Assembly (NCBI GenBank): GCA_977030845.1
Contig: OZ365111.1
Location: forward strand, 27,466,001 to 27,530,000
DNA: 64,000 nucleotides
Direction of reading: 5' to 3'
From: Fimbriosthenelais zetlandica
Taxonomy: Eukaryota
Shown: positions 58,654 to 64,000 of the stretch, in pieces
Layout of the letters: the number at the start of each line of letters is the position of its first letter
Numbering within the stretch: position 1 is the first letter of the stretch
Notes under the pieces: model-generated
The model's input: only the letters and a program-made list of their open reading frames with translations
What the model was told of the DNA's origin: nothing
Database searches by the model: none
Program-made: the position numbers and the translations under genes

Positions 58654-61047
58654 TTAACAGTCGCATGAATCAAAAGCCAGGGAGCATGTTCTAGAATATC
58701 TCGGCCATCCATCTGATTCATCATCGTCTGCGTCTTCTTGTTTCTGTAGCATTTGCGCATGGTCGATAGTTGCTCTAATATTGATCATCCTCCTCCAGCG
58801 ACCTCGTGTGTAATCCACACAATATATGGTGTTTCTAGGGATGTACACACTGCTAAACACCGGTATCTTAAAACCAGTGAGAAGCAATGTGCTCCCTTCC
58901 TGTTTACCCAGTATCAGAATACCACTGTCTTCTTGTAGCGGACACAGAAGTGTTCCTTCATCTTGGAAACGTAAACAAGCTGGTCGTTCCTGTTGGTCGC
59001 AACTTGCTTGGGCCAGTTCACCGAATAAGGCTGAGCCATGTTGGTAGATGAGGGAGGTGTCTATCTGCGTCTGGTCAGCTAAACGCGCGCCGTAAAAAAA
59101 TAGTTCCTCTTGTGTTGTCTTGCCCATGAATATGTTGCCATCAAAATCACGGGGGAAGAGAGCTATCCCCAGCTTGCCCTCCACACTGGGTCGCTTCCAC
59201 CTAAAGTTGTATATGACACAATGCTGTGGGACTGAGGGTAGTATATCTGTGTAGCAGACGATATCAAGTAGGGACCGGTCTTGAGCTATGCGGTTTGGAT
59301 GCTTTTCTGGAGCACTTTTCTCTGGATACTCGTCCCACTTTTGGTGTAGATACTGGGAGAGGACATTGGGGTCCATCTTCATCTGTGAATATAAAGTTTC
59401 CAGGTCCTGGGCTTTCTCAGCGTCAGGGGAGTCGAGGATGGTTCCCAGAATGGACTGCTCCCTGGAGAAAGCCTGGCGAATGAGGGTTATAGTGTCCTCA
59501 GCGTCGCCATCTTGATTATTGAGCACCTCGTTCAGAAGCCGGACGTAGTGCACACGCTGACGGTTCCAAACAGAGTCAATAAACACATCAAACTGACCCA
59601 GGTTACGGCTGAATCCAGACCCGATCGCAAGGATGGCACACAGGAATCGACGAGCAGCTGGCTCTGATGGCACATCCTCAAGCAATATGAGACGGAGAAC
59701 AAACTGGACATAGTCAGTAATAGCCAAGTGATCGTCAGTGCCTCCTGACTGCATCTGACTGAACAGCTGAATCATCTCATCCTCTGATATATCCAGGTTA
59801 AGCTGGTTGAAGAATGTTCTGAAGGACGCCAGAGTGAATGATTCCTGGTGACCACACGCTGCTCGTGCATCCTCCCAGATCCTACCAATGGTTGATATAA
59901 TGAGGCAGTAGACCATCTTAGAGTCATCTGATGAGGAGCTCCTAGCGCTACCATTCTCACCCTGACCTGAACCACCAGATCTCCTCTGACCATCTAATTC
60001 ATCTTCATCATCATCCTCGCCATCGCTTCGTCGTACTCGGGTCGTACGGTTAGAACTATCATCATTCGTGTAATTTTCAATTGCATATTGTTTTCTGGTG
60101 TCGGCCAGTTTAACCTGGGATGGGGACGTACCCAGTTTAGCGGCCCGTATCACTAACAGCACCGACGACATCCAGCGATCTTTGGCTATCATATCCTCAG
60201 ATGAAAGTTCAATTTCAATGAAGGGTGCATTAGTGATACGGAACCTATTTGGGTAATGGCGAAGCAAAGTTTTTAAATCACAAAGGTCTTCAACTGTTGA
60301 CTTATTGTTCAGGGTGATGTCACCCTTTTTAACACTGAGCGTTGCATCGGTGTAGTAAGTGAGTAAGCCGGGTTTGAGCACGAACCACCTTTTCTGCCAT
60401 GTTGTCCAGTTGGCTTGTTTGCGGGTACGTTTACTCATCCAGCCTGTTTGACACACTTCCCTGACTAACCAGGAATGGACGCTCGACACCACCCGCTCCA
60501 CATCACCATGATTCAAGCTCTTAAAACACATAGCGTCAAGGTCACCCAGAAACTCCATGAAGGTCAACTGGCCGTCATGCAGCGCCGACCAACGCTGTTT
60601 GGAGGACGAGGCAAACTTGAGCCCGAGCCACTGAACATCATCAAAATGTATAACAGGTGGCATAGACCCGGGGATGCAGAGCTTATTAAATATCTGCCAG
60701 AGTTTGAAGACATCACACTCCATGACAGAGCAATGGTGGAGGCTGTAGTATTCCTTACACATCTCCCATGACAGGATCTCAAAGTCTTCTTCAACGCGAG
60801 CAAACGGGACGCTGTGATCTCGTAAACAGACCTTCACATAGTTCACAAAGTCGTTGAAGTTGACCACAGAGTTGGGGAAGTTGTCCTGGAAGATTCTCTG
60901 TGAGTAGTGGACTAGTCTGGAGTCTCGGGACAGGCTGGCTGTGATCTCCTGGACGGTGACTTTACGAGCTGTACCGTGAGACGCGGAGTGATCCGGGTCT
61001 TGGAGGTCCACGGTCTGCCACACACACATCAACCGCTGGTCAGCCAT
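58654..61047 (-). CDS. Single-exon SWAP-70/DEF6-like protein (degenerate EF-hand N-terminus + PH domain) with a non-canonical C-terminus; 797 aa
   Basis: Uninterrupted ORF, ATG at 61047. An acceptor-like ttttttttgcag ending at 61066 suggests a preceding 5' UTR intron. W...D.DHS, SWEMC, DVFKLWQIFNKL and the PH motif QTGWMSKR...WQKRWFVLKPGLLTYY...KKGDITL...IELS...W match SWAP-70/DEF6. No coiled-coil tail. Confidence 0.88.
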   Translation of the reverse strand: MADQRLMCVWQTVDLQDPDHSASHGTARKVTVQEITASLSRDSRLVHYSQRIFQDNFPNSVVNFNDFVNYVKVCLRDHSVPFARVEEDFEILSWEMCKEYYSLHHCSVMECDVFKLWQIFNKLCIPGSMPPVIHFDDVQWLGLKFASSSKQRWSALHDGQLTFMEFLGDLDAMCFKSLNHGDVERVVSSVHSWLVREVCQTGWMSKRTRKQANWTTWQKRWFVLKPGLLTYYTDATLSVKKGDITLNNKSTVEDLCDLKTLLRHYPNRFRITNAPFIEIELSSEDMIAKDRWMSSVLLVIRAAKLGTSPSQVKLADTRKQYAIENYTNDDSSNRTTRVRRSDGEDDDEDELDGQRRSGGSGQGENGSARSSSSDDSKMVYCLIISTIGRIWEDARAACGHQESFTLASFRTFFNQLNLDISEDEMIQLFSQMQSGGTDDHLAITDYVQFVLRLILLEDVPSEPAARRFLCAILAIGSGFSRNLGQFDVFIDSVWNRQRVHYVRLLNEVLNNQDGDAEDTITLIRQAFSREQSILGTILDSPDAEKAQDLETLYSQMKMDPNVLSQYLHQKWDEYPEKSAPEKHPNRIAQDRSLLDIVCYTDILPSVPQHCVIYNFRWKRPSVEGKLGIALFPRDFDGNIFMGKTTQEELFFYGARLADQTQIDTSLIYQHGSALFGELAQASCDQQERPACLRFQDEGTLLCPLQEDSGILILGKQEGSTLLLTGFKIPVFSSVYIPRNTIYCVDYTRGRWRRMINIRATIDHAQMLQKQEDADDDESDGWPRYSRTCSLAFDSCDC

Positions 61048-63239
61048 CCGCCCGCCAGAATTCCTCTGCAAAAAAAATTATAAAATTTCCAATTAAAAAT
61101 CTTCATAATTCCCGTGCAAATATAATGAGAGCATCAAATATTGAATTTGAAAACCGTTACTTGCTTCCAGCTACATAATGAAATAAATAGCGAAGATCTT
61201 TATGATATTATATAAAGTACCAATTCTATTAATCAGACTTGTTCTAATAGAAAATGATCCCCGAACTACAAATCTTATAAACAGGTACCTCATAATTGCA
61301 TATATGTATATTCGTACAAATCTGTTAAGGGAATATTTAATCATTTTATTGCGAAGTACTTTGGCTCCACACTACCTGGTGCATATATATTTTGTCGGCC
61401 CTATTTTGTCTGATAGTTTCAGTTTAGACTACATATCAATCTAACACGTTCCGCATCACTGGCATGTACCTTACTTAGTTGCTACTAGTAATCTAATACC
61501 TTCTTAAGAAGACTAACTTGAAATGACAAAAACAAAATCATTAAAAAGTCATAAAATCAGACGTGTTTTTTAACTTGAATAACTGGTTAGATTCTGCATA
61601 TATTATAAAATGATTTGGGTTTATTAACCTCCGCATTGCACTCTCAGAGTGCACGCTTCTAGTTTTACTTTACTTTCAAATAAACAATCCATTGCTTGTG
61701 AAACACTAGATACAAAACACTCTATGTCCACACACAGTAGGAAGTGAGTTTCAGTAAAAACTCGAGACTAGAAAGTAAGTGTGAGAACTGTACCTGTCCC
61801 AACATGACACAACATTGACTTGTGTCAATAAACGTTTATCTCTCCTGATTGAGCTTAACACAGGAGATTTATCATGACATTACAGGGTATTAAAGGCCTG
61901 ACTAACGGCTCTGGTCAGCATTTTCTCATTTTCACTCTCATATTCTCATCCTGGAGTTACTTACTTTCGGCCTCAGTTTCCATGAGAAAAAATATCAGAC
62001 GGTCAGAGTTCATAAAGTACAGGGTGGGAATTTTCCAGGGTTCCCACAAATCCTGTAAAGGGAAAATCCCATTTTAAGGCCACTGTACATGTCCTTAGGT
62101 TTGTTCTCCAGGCTGAGAAAGTCCCGAATTGTATACATTATCTATAAGACTTTTGCATGACCTATCTTCATAAACTGGATTTTCATCAGAATTATACAAT
62201 TTTATAAATAAATATCTTGTGTGGTCAATATAGACTTGTTTTACAGTTGTATCTGTTCATTGGATATGGGCGTATACTGTACAAATATTTTCAATTATGT
62301 GGTAAGATAATTTTATATCAATTATATCAAATATCAGAGCAAGTATAGTACATGCTTACAAAAGCAGTCGCAAAATCAAGTCTACAATGATTGGACTCAA
62401 AGGTTTCTGGAACATAGGTTCCTAAAACGTTTCTGGGAAATGGTTTGTTAAATCCCCTAATAATGATTTACATACACTTCTGTCATGGTAGATACACATA
62501 CTGGTTCTGTTGGTTTTGCTATAGACGAGTCCACTACAGCCAGGCAAACAGTGCATATCGCATCTTTATCCATCTTATTATAGGTCAGATGGGAACAAAT
62601 GGTTAAAACAGATGATGCAGGTCCATGCAGTAAAACCTAAACATAGTGAAAATACTGCTAACCCGGAGGCTGTACAACATTTTATCAAGCACCTAAAATT
62701 AAGAATAATAAAAGTCATATGAAAATTATTAAACAATTTCCATTGAGTGTTTTAATGATAATGTCGTCTAAAACATTATCCAGCTGTATAGTGATGTAGA
62801 TTCTGATGGGACGTCTAATTATCTCATGTTTCAAAAACATCTAAACTGGTAATGTTTTGTGCACAAAAGTCCAGAAAACATAGTTTACATGCAGCTGCCT
62901 ACAGAAGACACACAGAAAACCAAAGTACATGATGCAAGCCAACTAGACATAATAGTTTCATGTAGTTGTCCAAAGGTCAGGAAATAATAATTCTGGGAAA
63001 TTCTAAATAAACCCAAAAGAAAACGCATGAACCAAGCCATATTCCAAAACAATACAAGTGTCAGACACATTCCAGGTCCGGAGTAACATTAGCCAGACAT
63101 GTACATGCACTTCAAAATATTTATGGAAAATTTATGAAATATGAAAATTAATGTAGAATAGAGGTTCCATTATGTAGCTGTAGTGTTTAGACCTGGCTCG
63201 GGTGTATATCATCAGGATATGACATCAGTTTAATGTCAC

Positions 63240-63780
63240 TCAGAATGGTGTACATTACAGGATATCCTCTCTCCATCTCCCTCCCCTGCATATCTCTCCC
63301 AAACCTTATCCTTACTTCTATAGATACCCTAACCATATACATTATGAGTGTATTTTCCCAAAAATGTGGCCAAATATTTTCCAAAAACTATGGCAAAAAC
63401 GGGTTCTGCGGCTTATACAAACTATCAGAAACGGCATAATTTACATGTACTCCTCAAGCTTTTTATCCTTGCTTCTATAGATACCTTAACCATATATTGT
63501 GAGTGTATTTTCCCAAAAATGTGGCCAAAGGTGTATTGCAAATATTTTCCAAAAACTATGGCCAAAAGCGGGTTCTGCGGCTTATACTCAGAAACGGCAT
63601 ATAGGCTGTACTCCTAGCTGATGGACTATTATATGGCACCTCTCTCACCTACATCTCTCTCCTAAGCTTTATCCTTGCCTCTATAGATACCCTAACTATA
63701 GATTTTTAGTGTTTTGCAAACATTTTTGCAAAAATGTAGCCAAAAGCGCGGTCTGCGGCTTATACACTGAAACGACATTA
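63240..63780 (+). repeat. Degenerate ~160-200-bp tandem repeat (3 units)
   Basis: cttctatagataccctaacc...caaaaatgtggccaaa...ggttctgcggcttatac repeated at about 63315, 63472 and 63680. Confidence 0.8.
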
Positions 63781-64000
63781 TACTGTACTGCTTGGTGATT
63801 ATAAATCATGGACTATGTTTGGCTGGACCAAGCATTTCAGTGGGTAAAACCGGAGATCATAATATCTCACTATAGTGTCTCACAATATGGTAAAACCAAG
63901 GGTTGGATCCATCATGGGGTATGTCCAGGGGGCCAGGACCCCTACCCTCATGATTTGCCCCTAAAAACCATGGCAAGGAGATGTATGTGTGATAAAGCAC

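Noticed and set aside
61100-64000. Upstream coding exon for the SWAP-70-like gene
   Set aside because: No credible ORF or exon seen; the Met at 61047 already aligns with the SWAP-70 N-terminus, so any upstream exon is probably non-coding.

Overview
Eukaryotic (metazoan, most likely marine invertebrate) genomic DNA, AT-rich with GT-AG introns. Most of the window (5337-53702, + strand) is one usherin gene (USH2A orthologue). I reconstructed 63 exon positions by eye; every junction is phase-compatible, giving about 15.0 kb of CDS and about 5000 aa. The protein runs from the end of the laminin N-terminal domain through laminin-EGF repeats, FN3, two laminin-G domains, FN3, a Cys-rich region, more FN3, a transmembrane helix and a tail ending in the PDZ-binding motif TDTHL-stop. 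The 5' exons lie outside the window. Most notable: one exon of the first laminin-G domain is present as three intact paralogous copies (17501-17623, 19015-19140, 20073-20198), probably with a decayed fourth. This looks like a mutually exclusive exon cassette in usherin. Converging on the - strand is a single-exon 797-aa ORF (61047-58654). It has a SWAP-70/DEF6-type N-terminus and PH domain, but an EF-hand-like region and a possible cupin-like domain replace the usual coiled coil. Introns hold a piggyBac-like and a Tc1/pogo-like non-autonomous element, tRNA-derived SINE heads, hairpin MITE-like elements and several dispersed minisatellite families. There are two N runs. All family assignments come from motif recognition, not database searches.
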